From Candidatus Midichloria mitochondrii IricVA (GTDB lineage: Bacteria > Pseudomonadota > Alphaproteobacteria > Rickettsiales > Midichloriaceae), in contig NC_015722.1 in assembly GCF_000219355.1 (NCBI RefSeq), positions 780,001 to 812,000 on the forward strand: DNA of 32,000 bases. Reading direction: 5' to 3'. Made by a program: the position numbers and the translations under genes. Below the pieces are notes generated by a model. The model worked only from the letters and a program-made list of their open reading frames with translations. It was not told the origin of the DNA and made no database searches. Of this stretch, positions 22,024-29,576 are shown one piece after another (position 1 is the first letter of the stretch; every line of letters starts with the position of its first letter).

Positions 22024-22142
22024 TAAGAATTACTCAGTATACTAACAAAATTTTTGGTATTATAACCAATTTAATTGCAAAATTTCACGATTTATTTATT
22101 ATCTCTACTGGTTTATAGTGTAACTCCTTCTAGTGATAACAA

Positions 22143-23486
22143 ATGTTTGATTATTTAAGCAAAAGTTTAGGTGAGATATTTGAGGCTCTGAAAAAAAAAG
22201 GTGTACTGACCGAAAGCGATATTAATACGGCTTTAAGGAAAGTTAGAATAGCGTTAATCGAAGCAGATGTAGCGCTTCCTGCAATCAAACATCTCATTGA
22301 GCAAATTAGAGTCAAAGCTCTTGGAACTGAAGTTTTATCAAGTATTACTCCTGGGCAAATGATTATCAAAATTGTCCATGATGAACTGGTCTCAATGCTT
22401 CAAAGTGATAAGACTAATTTAAAATTAAACTACCCTACTCCAATAGTTTTTGTAATGGTTGGGCTACAAGGAGCTGGAAAGACAACTACCACGGCTAAAC
22501 TAGCACTACATTTGCGTCAAAAATATAAGAAGAAAGTTCTATTAGCTTCAACAGATACCAGAAGGCCTGCTGCTCAGAAACAATTAGAAGTTCTTGGCAA
22601 ACAAATTAATATAGAAACTTTGCCCATAGCAGAAGAGGATACCGCTCTCCAAATCACAAATAGAGCTTTATCGGAAGCAAAATCTGGTAATTATGACGTA
22701 TTGATTGTCGACACTGCAGGTCGATTAGGTATTGATGAAGAGTTAATGCTTGAGTTAAATGAAATATGCCAAGTAGCACAACCTCAAGAAGTCTTATTAG
22801 TTGCGGATTGTATGATAGGCCAAGACTCAGTAAATGTTGCTGAAGCCTTTAATGAGCAGGTAAGCCTCTCTGGAATCATTCTGACAAAGACAGAAGGCGA
22901 TGCACGAGGAGGAGCTGCCCTCAGTATGAAATTTATCACCGGCTGCCCTATAAAACTTATAGGAGTTGGTGAGAAAGTAAATGATCTAGAAGAGTTTAAG
23001 GCTGAAAGTATTGCCTCTCGTATATTAAACATGGGAGATATCATCTCTCTGGTTGAGAAGATGAAAGATATTGTCGATGAAAAAGAATCAGAGAAGTTAG
23101 CTAAAAAATTACAAAAGGGCAGGTTTGACATGAATGATCTATTAGCACAACTTAAGACCGTGAAAAAGCTCGGTGGAGTAGGATCCTTAATAGGCATGAT
23201 CCCAGGGTTTGGTAAACTTAAAGCCAGTGCCGAACAGATCAAGCAAGGAGAAGAAATGTTTAAAAGACAAGAGGCTATAATATTTTCAATGACCGACTTT
23301 GAAAGACGCAATCCAAAACTCATCAATCCCTCTAGAAAAAATCGTATTGCCAGAGGATCTGGGACTTCTATACAAGAGGTAAATAGGCTACTTAAGCAAT
23401 ACTTGGAGATGAATAATATGATTAAAAAAATGAGTAATATGGATCCTAGCAACTTGAAAAGATTAGGCTCTAAATTCATGCACTAG
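22143..23486 (+). CDS. ffh: Signal recognition particle protein Ffh (SRP54)
   Basis: 447-aa ORF with an N domain, a G domain (GLQGAGKTTTTAKLA, DTAGRL, TKTEGD) and a Met-rich M domain. Confidence 0.97.
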   Translation: MFDYLSKSLGEIFEALKKKGVLTESDINTALRKVRIALIEADVALPAIKHLIEQIRVKALGTEVLSSITPGQMIIKIVHDELVSMLQSDKTNLKLNYPTPIVFVMVGLQGAGKTTTTAKLALHLRQKYKKKVLLASTDTRRPAAQKQLEVLGKQINIETLPIAEEDTALQITNRALSEAKSGNYDVLIVDTAGRLGIDEELMLELNEICQVAQPQEVLLVADCMIGQDSVNVAEAFNEQVSLSGIILTKTEGDARGGAALSMKFITGCPIKLIGVGEKVNDLEEFKAESIASRILNMGDIISLVEKMKDIVDEKESEKLAKKLQKGRFDMNDLLAQLKTVKKLGGVGSLIGMIPGFGKLKASAEQIKQGEEMFKRQEAIIFSMTDFERRNPKLINPSRKNRIARGSGTSIQEVNRLLKQYLEMNNMIKKMSNMDPSNLKRLGSKFMH

Positions 23487-23491
23487 AAAAT

Positions 23492-23644
23492 ATGCTTAAA
23501 AAAATATCAAACAACAAAGAGACAAGCAAAAAAACTGAAGAGAAGTCAAATTTGGCTCAAGCCTTGAGAGCTAGCTTACGTAGACGTAAAAAAGTAAAAA
23601 AACAAAACAATAATGCTTTAAGAGAAAATGATAAAAAATTTTAA
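23492..23644 (+). CDS. Candidate small basic protein (50 aa), below the ORF-track cutoff
   Basis: The ATG at 23492 lies 5 nt after the ffh stop. It reads MLKKISNNKETSKKTEEKSNLAQALRASLRRRKKVKKQNNNALRENDKKF and overlaps the bamE start by 17 nt. It fills an otherwise empty 141-nt gap. There is no independent support. Confidence 0.25.
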   Translation: MLKKISNNKETSKKTEEKSNLAQALRASLRRRKKVKKQNNNALRENDKKF

Positions 23645-24086
23645 AATTAGCGGAACTCTACTTATCCTATTGGTGTGCACAGCCTGTACCAAAGATATAC
23701 GACATCACGGCTATAATCTTGATGAGGAAGTCATTAAGAAAATCGTTCCTATGAAATCTACTCTTAATGAGGTTATAGAAAATTTAGGTAGCCCTACTAC
23801 CGCTGCATTATATGGCGAGCCAAAGTTTTTTTATATAAATCACAAATATAAGAGAAGATTGTTTTTAAATCCAGCACTAATAGATCAAAATATCTTACAG
23901 ATTTCTTTTACTCGAGGCGGTACTGTTAAATCAATAGAACGGTATAGCTTTAGTGATGTAAAATCTTTTAGATTTGATGAAGCAAGCACTCATTTGCCTG
24001 GCAATAATATAGGTGTACTACAACAAATCATCGGTAATATTGGTAAATACAATAACGCTGATGGGATAAGAAAAGCGGGCACTTGA
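23628..24086 (+). CDS. bamE: Outer membrane protein assembly factor BamE (SmpA/OmlA lipoprotein)
   Basis: 152-aa ORF with a lipoprotein-like signal (LLILLVCTAC) followed by HGYNLDEEVIKKIVPMKSTLNEVIENLGSPT...FFYI, the typical alphaproteobacterial BamE core. Confidence 0.75.
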   Translation: MIKNFKISGTLLILLVCTACTKDIRHHGYNLDEEVIKKIVPMKSTLNEVIENLGSPTTAALYGEPKFFYINHKYKRRLFLNPALIDQNILQISFTRGGTVKSIERYSFSDVKSFRFDEASTHLPGNNIGVLQQIIGNIGKYNNADGIRKAGT

Positions 24087-24087
24087 C

Positions 24088-24636
24088 GTGATAGTTCAAC
24101 TCATGGGACGTAGTAAAATATTGTTGGAATCGTTTAATAAAAACAAAGTAATGCTATTTTTAGAAGAAATAACTTTTTTGGCACAAGAAGATAATAGCTT
24201 TTATGAAGCTGCTGATTTATGGATAACTGTCGACAAAAATATTAACAACCCAGCAGATTTTATTATCCTCAGTATAGATATAGAGCTTCCCTGCTCAATT
24301 TATGATTTAGTGTCTTTAATTAAGAAAAAGTTATTCTTATCAAGAAGTTATGGAATACATGACATGGTATTTAAACCTACTTCTTTTTCTATATTTGAGC
24401 CTAATGGAAAATTAGTTTTGAAATTCACTGAGAAAGAATCAGCAATAATCGAATATTTAATAAAAAGAGGACACGCAACTGAATTAGACTTATTAAATAA
24501 TATTTGGAATTATTCTGAGGAAGTAAAAACATCAACAGTCGAAACTCATATTTACAGGCTAAAAAACAAACTCGGTTCTATTGGATTAAAAAATTTGATT
24601 TCTTTTTCAAATAAAAATTATGTTATTAATCTTTAA
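24088..24636 (+). CDS. Winged-helix (OmpR/PhoB-type trans_reg_C) regulator with a degenerate receiver-like N-terminus
   Basis: 182-aa ORF (GTG at 24088, or ATG at 24103). The C-terminus FTEKESAIIEYLIKRGHATELDLLNNIWNYSEEVKTSTVETHIYRLKNKL matches the OmpR-type DNA-binding domain (LT..E..LL..L......sr..L....W.......r.vd.hI.rLR.KL). The N-terminal 100 aa has receiver-like spacing but lacks the acidic DD pair. Confidence 0.6.
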   Translation: MIVQLMGRSKILLESFNKNKVMLFLEEITFLAQEDNSFYEAADLWITVDKNINNPADFIILSIDIELPCSIYDLVSLIKKKLFLSRSYGIHDMVFKPTSFSIFEPNGKLVLKFTEKESAIIEYLIKRGHATELDLLNNIWNYSEEVKTSTVETHIYRLKNKLGSIGLKNLISFSNKNYVINL

Positions 24637-24712
24637 TATTTAAATCTTGTATTTAATAAAGTATTGCATATATTTCTAAGGCAAGTAACTAATTAAAAAA
24701 GAGGTTTTTCCT

Positions 24713-25312
24713 ATGTTATTAATCGGTAAAGAAGCTCCGGACTTCACCGCTGCTGCAGTAATGCCAGACAATTCAATTATTGACCTTTTTAATTTATCAC
24801 GCTTCATCCATAACAAAAAAGCAGTACTATTCTTTTATCCGTTAGATTTTACTTTTGTCTGCCCTTCAGAAATCATAGCACTCGACAAACGCGCTGCTGA
24901 ATTCGAAAAACGGGGTGTTACCGTAATGTTAGTCAGTATTGATTCTCATTTTACACACTTAGCTTATAAAAATACCCCAATAGAAAAAGGCGGTATTGGC
25001 CAAATCAAACTCCCTATGATTGCAGATTTAACAAAAAAAATCTCAACTGAATACGGTGTATTGTCGAATGGTGGCGTTGCTTTTAGAGGCACCTTTATTA
25101 TCGATCAACATCGAATCGTTAGACACCAATCTATAAACGATTTACCGCTTGGAAGGAATGTTGATGAGATATTAAGACTCATAGATGCACTAGAGCATTT
25201 TGAAAAACATGCTGAAGTTTGTCCAGCAAACTGGAAGCAGGGTGATAATGCGATTACTCCGACCACCTCTGGCATAGAGGATTACTTGAAACAGCATTCT
25301 TCTAAATTATAA
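24713..25312 (+). CDS. Typical 2-Cys peroxiredoxin (AhpC/Tsa family)
   Basis: 199-aa ORF with the peroxidatic Cys motif FTFVCPSEI and the resolving Cys in EVCPANW. Confidence 0.93.
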   Translation: MLLIGKEAPDFTAAAVMPDNSIIDLFNLSRFIHNKKAVLFFYPLDFTFVCPSEIIALDKRAAEFEKRGVTVMLVSIDSHFTHLAYKNTPIEKGGIGQIKLPMIADLTKKISTEYGVLSNGGVAFRGTFIIDQHRIVRHQSINDLPLGRNVDEILRLIDALEHFEKHAEVCPANWKQGDNAITPTTSGIEDYLKQHSSKL

Positions 25313-25341
25313 TTTAAATTTCCGGGGTTGGACGTGATGCT

Positions 25342-26268
25342 ATGCATACAAAAATCTTAATTATAGGTTCTGGCCCCGCTGGCTACTCTGCAGCTATTTA
25401 TGCTGCACGCTCTGCTTTGAAACCAATTTTGATTGCAGGACAGCAGCCTGGTGGCCAGCTTACTATCACAACAGATGTTGAGAATTATCCTGGTTTTGCC
25501 GAAGTGATTCAAGGTCCATGGCTTATGGAGCAAATGAAAGAACAGGCTAAATCTGTCGGAGTAGAAATCATCGATGACTATATAACCGATATAGATTTAA
25601 AAATCCGTCCCTTTTCGGCAGTGGGTGCAGGCGGCACTATATATACTGCGGAGTCAGTGATAATCTCGACCGGAGCACAAGCTAAATGGCTTGGGCTTCC
25701 AAGCGAAGAAAAATTTAAAGGATTTGGAGTCTCTGGATGTGCTACCTGTGATGGATTTTTCTATAAGAATAAGAAAGTCATAGTAGTAGGAGGCGGCAAT
25801 TCCGCGCTTGAAGAGGCTCTATATCTTACTCAGCATGCAGCTGAGGTGATTCTAATTCATCGCCGCGATACCTTAAGAGCTGAAAAAATTTCTCAAGATA
25901 GACTATTTAACAATCCCAAAATTAAAGTAGTTCGTAATACTGTAATTGAGGAAGTATTAGGAGCTGAGGATCCTCTTAGCGTAACTGGCGTAAGATTAAG
26001 AGATATTTTAACCGGTAAGGAATATACTATGGATATCGATGGAGTTTTCGTAGCGATAGGACACAAGCCTAACACAGCCTTATTTGCTGGCCAATTGGAC
26101 CTAGACGAAGATATGTATATTGTTACAAAAAAAGGGACTACGCTAACTAGTATCCCTGGCGTTTTTGCAGCTGGTGATGCGCAAGATAAAATTTATAGGC
26201 AAGCGGTGACTGCAGCAGGCACTGGTTGTATGGCAGCACTGGATGCACTTAAATACTTGCAGGAATAG
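25342..26268 (+). CDS. trxB: Thioredoxin-disulfide reductase
   Basis: 308-aa ORF with the FAD motif [17 protein letters not shown], the redox centre CATCDG, the NADPH motif [12 protein letters not shown] and ..GVFAAGD. Confidence 0.95.
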   Translation: MHTKILIIGSGPAGYSAAIYAARSALKPILIAGQQPGGQLTITTDVENYPGFAEVIQGPWLMEQMKEQAKSVGVEIIDDYITDIDLKIRPFSAVGAGGTIYTAESVIISTGAQAKWLGLPSEEKFKGFGVSGCATCDGFFYKNKKVIVVGGGNSALEEALYLTQHAAEVILIHRRDTLRAEKISQDRLFNNPKIKVVRNTVIEEVLGAEDPLSVTGVRLRDILTGKEYTMDIDGVFVAIGHKPNTALFAGQLDLDEDMYIVTKKGTTLTSIPGVFAAGDAQDKIYRQAVTAAGTGCMAALDALKYLQE

Positions 26269-26509
26269 TTTCTCCTCTTCCACAGGAAGCCAGGCCCCTA
26301 GATAAGGTAGAGAAGGTTATTGTGGGTGCGTAGCTAGTAGAACGGTGCAAGAAGAGCACGTTTCCTTGACATTCCAAAACCTCTCATGCGAAGCAGCAAT
26401 TGGCGTGCCCGTAGGGATTTTACGCGAAAGCCCACATAAAGTCTGCCAATTACTCTGGAGGCTTCCAAAATTCGGTACTCTATATCGCTTTAACAATTAT
26501 ACCTCTAAA

Positions 26510-27453
26510 TAACCCCAGTTTGAGGTAAGTTTTAAAGAAATTATCTGATATGGCTTCAAAGAGGCTGTGTAACCATTAAGTTTCTCTCAATTTCACGATA
26601 AATAAGAAAAGTGGTTCCCCTAGTAGAAATATTTTGTTTGATTGATGATTTTTGCAAGCGACAACTCACGTACCAAAGATCCTTAAGAAACTCGCAGAGA
26701 CAAAGGGAACGAGAGTCTGGGATGATGCTTTCCGAAGTTATAACGATCCTCGTTTTGTTTCATTTGAGGGCATTACCGGATTCAAAGATTTTTACCTAAA
26801 CTGTGTTCAAATCTCTTTCAGAGAGGAGTTGCCGAAGCTTATCAGCTACAATCGCTTTGTTGAGCTGATGCGAGACGCGGTCATCCCGTTGGTCATTCTG
26901 CTGAATTGCTGCAAAGGGAAACAAACAGGTACGTTGACTCAACAAAAAGCTGGAAGGTTTGTCATAACTTACGTACTAGCCGTAATAAGGTCCTTAAAGG
27001 CGTCGCTCAGCGTGGGAAAACGTCGACCCGGATGGTTCTTTGGCCTCAATGATCAAGGAGAGATTATGTCATTCACACTGACTTCGGGTAATACAGATGA
27101 TCGAGCCGTTGTCGAAAAACTGACTCAATATTTGACAGGCCTTCTATTCGGAGATCGGTGGTATATAAGCAAAAACACTGAGCAATCAAGGTATTGAGCT
27201 CATCACACGGCTTAAGAAAAACAAAACCCGCTTGCGGCTTTTAAACAACTGCTTCTTGCAGGGCGTGGATTGATTGAAACAGCCATCGGAGAATTGAAAG
27301 AGATTTGCCAAATCCAGCACCACACGGCATCGCTCGCCAAACAATTTCTTGGCAGTCCTCCTCTCGGGCTCTTGGCTTATGTCTCCAAACCCAAATATAT
27401 CTCATTGGAAAAATAGGCTCATGGGCCTACTCCTTAACGTCAAACTGAGGTTA
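26510..27453 (+). mobile_element. IS982-family element, copy C: both ends present, transposase decayed
   Basis: IRL is taaccccagtttgaggtaag and IRR is cttaacgtcaaactgaggtta. The broken transposase frames (ORFs 26611..26799, 26652..27197 and more) carry IS982 hallmarks: [56 protein letters not shown] and LIETAIGELKEICQIQH. Relative to copies A2 and B it has internal indels, for example loss of about 11 nt around the ..catgaaaaa.. segment near 27205-27220. No clear target-site duplication. Confidence 0.85.
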
Positions 27454-27584
27454 TATAGCTAAAGCGGCATAGGGAAAGAGTGCCAAATTTTAGAAGTTGT
27501 GGGATTAGCAGCCCTTTGTCCGCTGGCGCTCTTCAACCCCTCCTCGTGGCCGCGCCATTACCTTTTTGCACTGCTTTAGCTATA
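27454..27584. repeat. 131-bp palindromic (MITE-like) element with 12-bp perfect terminal inverted repeats
   Basis: TATAGCTAAAGC at 27454..27465 pairs with GCTTTAGCTATA at 27573..27584. Between them is a GC-rich core (gccctttgtccgctggcgctcttcaacccctcctcgtggccgcgcc). The element abuts the IS982 IRR on one side and lies 17 nt from the dCMP deaminase stop on the other. Confidence 0.5.
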
Positions 27585-27601
27585 TACCTTAATATAAAGC
27601 C

Positions 27602-28120
27602 CTAATGAGTTATAGGATAAACTTTTTCATGGTAAAGGATTTCAATCTTAACTAATTTCCCTGAAAAAGGTCTTAGAACAACGCCCGCTTCTAGCATTAG
27701 TTCTTTTGATATTTTGATGCTCTCTGCCCAGCCTCGTTGCTGTTCCTGATGGTTGCCTGGAAAATTATTATCATAAATAACTTCAATAATTCCAGCTTGC
27801 AATATCGATTTACTACATCTACTGCAAGGTATCCAAGGAGTATATAGCTTGCAGCCTTTGGTTGGCACTCCAATGCGGGCGCAGTGAAGTATAGCATTTT
27901 CCTCTGCATGGTTAACCGCCATATATTTATATTCTCTATTTAAGTATCTTTCCTCGGTTTCCTTAACTCCTCGAGGCAAACCATTATAACCGGTCGCTCG
28001 CACCTCATTATCAGGGCCCACAATTACTGCTCCTACCTTGGTGCTTGGATCACGGCTCTTCATAGAAACTAAATAAGCCATGGTCATAAAGTATTCATCC
28101 CAATTAAATGGTGCTAACAT
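27602..28120 (-). CDS. dCMP deaminase (ComEB-type cytidine/deoxycytidylate deaminase)
   Basis: 172-aa ORF with WDEYFMTMAYLVSMKSRDPSTKVGAVIV..GYNG, and the zinc motifs HAEENAI and PCSRCSKSI. Confidence 0.88.
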   Translation of the reverse strand: MLAPFNWDEYFMTMAYLVSMKSRDPSTKVGAVIVGPDNEVRATGYNGLPRGVKETEERYLNREYKYMAVNHAEENAILHCARIGVPTKGCKLYTPWIPCSRCSKSILQAGIIEVIYDNNFPGNHQEQQRGWAESIKISKELMLEAGVVLRPFSGKLVKIEILYHEKVYPITH

Positions 28121-28905
28121 AACTCTCCTTTTATAACAGTTGTTGCAGTGCCAGATATCAATACTCTGTTTTGAAGATCTTCACAACTAATTATTCCGCC
28201 TCTTTTAGAAGCTTGGTAAGCAATTAAAGATCCTTTTCCTAGCTTAGCTGACCAATATGGAATCAATCTACAATGGGCTGAGGCGCATACCGGATCCTCA
28301 TTTATGCCAACACGCGGAGCAAAATATCGTGATACAAAGTCATATTCATGGAATTTGCCTGTTCCTTTTGCGGTGACTATTAAGGCTCTACACTCGATTT
28401 CAGATAGTAATTGTAAATCAGGTCTCAATTTAATTATTTGTTCAATCTTCTCAAATTCCACGAAATAGCAATTTTGTGAGAAGCCGGTATAAATTGGCTT
28501 ACAATCTATAACAGAATGCAATCTTGGATCAGGATCTATCTGCTGAACAACATAGCGCGGAAAATTAAGTGTAATCCAAGGAACATCGCTTTCTGCTAGC
28601 AATTCGCCGCTTAAGCTTTCAAATCTTATAGGGACTTTATTTCTCTCTGCGTTAGTATTAATCAAAACATGAGTAGTTGCAATTGTTGCGTGGCCACATA
28701 AAGGGGCCTCTGAGTTAGGAGTAAACCACCTAATGTGATAATGATGTAACCCCAGCCTTTTTACAAATGCCGTTTCAGATAAATTTATCTCAGCGGCAAT
28801 ATTTTGCATTACGCCAGTACTTGGAAACTCTTGAACCAAAAAAACTGCTGCTGGATTTCCAACAAATGGTCGATCAGCAAACGCATCGACAATCCAAAAT
28901 TTCAT
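28114..28905 (-). CDS. PhzF-family isomerase-like protein
   Basis: 263-aa ORF. The N-terminus MKFWIVDAFADRPFVGNPAAVFLV, then ..ETAFV.. and ..FTPNSEAPLCGHATIA.., are typical of PhzF/YddE proteins. It overlaps the downstream gene by 7 nt. Confidence 0.88.
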   Translation of the reverse strand: MKFWIVDAFADRPFVGNPAAVFLVQEFPSTGVMQNIAAEINLSETAFVKRLGLHHYHIRWFTPNSEAPLCGHATIATTHVLINTNAERNKVPIRFESLSGELLAESDVPWITLNFPRYVVQQIDPDPRLHSVIDCKPIYTGFSQNCYFVEFEKIEQIIKLRPDLQLLSEIECRALIVTAKGTGKFHEYDFVSRYFAPRVGINEDPVCASAHCRLIPYWSAKLGKGSLIAYQASKRGGIISCEDLQNRVLISGTATTVIKGELC

Positions 28906-29576
28906 TTTAATTGCTTATATTGTGTTACTAATTCTTCATGATCATGTATATGTAAGTACTCTATTCTTAAGTACTGCATTTGAGTGTGAGCTCCAGTTTC
29001 CGTACCAAATAATATCGGCATACAGCCAGTACTTCTAGCACATTGCATATCAACAAGACTATCCCCTAGAAACCACACCTCGTTGTAATCTTGAATATCC
29101 TGCTCTCTTAGCGCTAAATGTACGGGATCTGGCCACGGTTTATCTTTAGGAGCATCTGTTGCTCCCACAATTTTATGAAAATATTTGCTCCAGCCCAAGT
29201 AATTTACTTCTTCTCTTAGATGATAAGAGTCTTTATTACTAACAATTGACATAATTACATTTTCCTCAGCTAAATATTCTATAAGATTTAAGGCATTAGG
29301 AAACGGATTCACCGCATGCATTCCGATTTTTTGTATTTTATCCACATACTTATCATTCACTTCTCTCCATTTATTGCCGAATATTAAAGGTAGAGCTTCT
29401 CTTCTTGAGTGGAAACGGTATTTTTCTGCCGCTTCCTTATTCCAATTACTTATACCCATTTCTTTTAGAGCTTCAGCTAACACTCCTTTATATATTTTAT
29501 CAGTGTTAACTAAAGTGCCGTCCCAATCAAATAATACAACTTTAGGAGATAAAAGATTTTTTGTACTGGTGTTCAT
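28902..29576 (-). CDS. HAD-superfamily hydrolase (phosphatase, subfamily IA-like)
   Basis: 224-aa ORF with HAD motif I (LFDWDGTLVNT), motif II (SIVSNK) and motif III/IV (K....LGDSLVDMQCA). It has a 4-nt ATGA overlap with the PhzF gene. Confidence 0.8.
   Translation of the reverse strand: MNTSTKNLLSPKVVLFDWDGTLVNTDKIYKGVLAEALKEMGISNWNKEAAEKYRFHSRREALPLIFGNKWREVNDKYVDKIQKIGMHAVNPFPNALNLIEYLAEENVIMSIVSNKDSYHLREEVNYLGWSKYFHKIVGATDAPKDKPWPDPVHLALREQDIQDYNEVWFLGDSLVDMQCARSTGCMPILFGTETGAHTQMQYLRIEYLHIHDHEELVTQYKQLK

Noticed and set aside
22784-23479. 231-aa minus-strand ORF, and 22151..22369
   Set aside because: Antisense to ffh. No start context or motifs.
26320-26460. A GTGCG at about 26327 as a possible group II intron 5' end, and gaagcagc / ggaagccagg as possible SRP-RNA-like motifs
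   Set aside because: Only these 5-10-nt matches exist. There is no domain V-like hairpin, no reverse-transcriptase remnant, and no SRP helix-8 symmetric loop context that I could trace. The evidence is insufficient.
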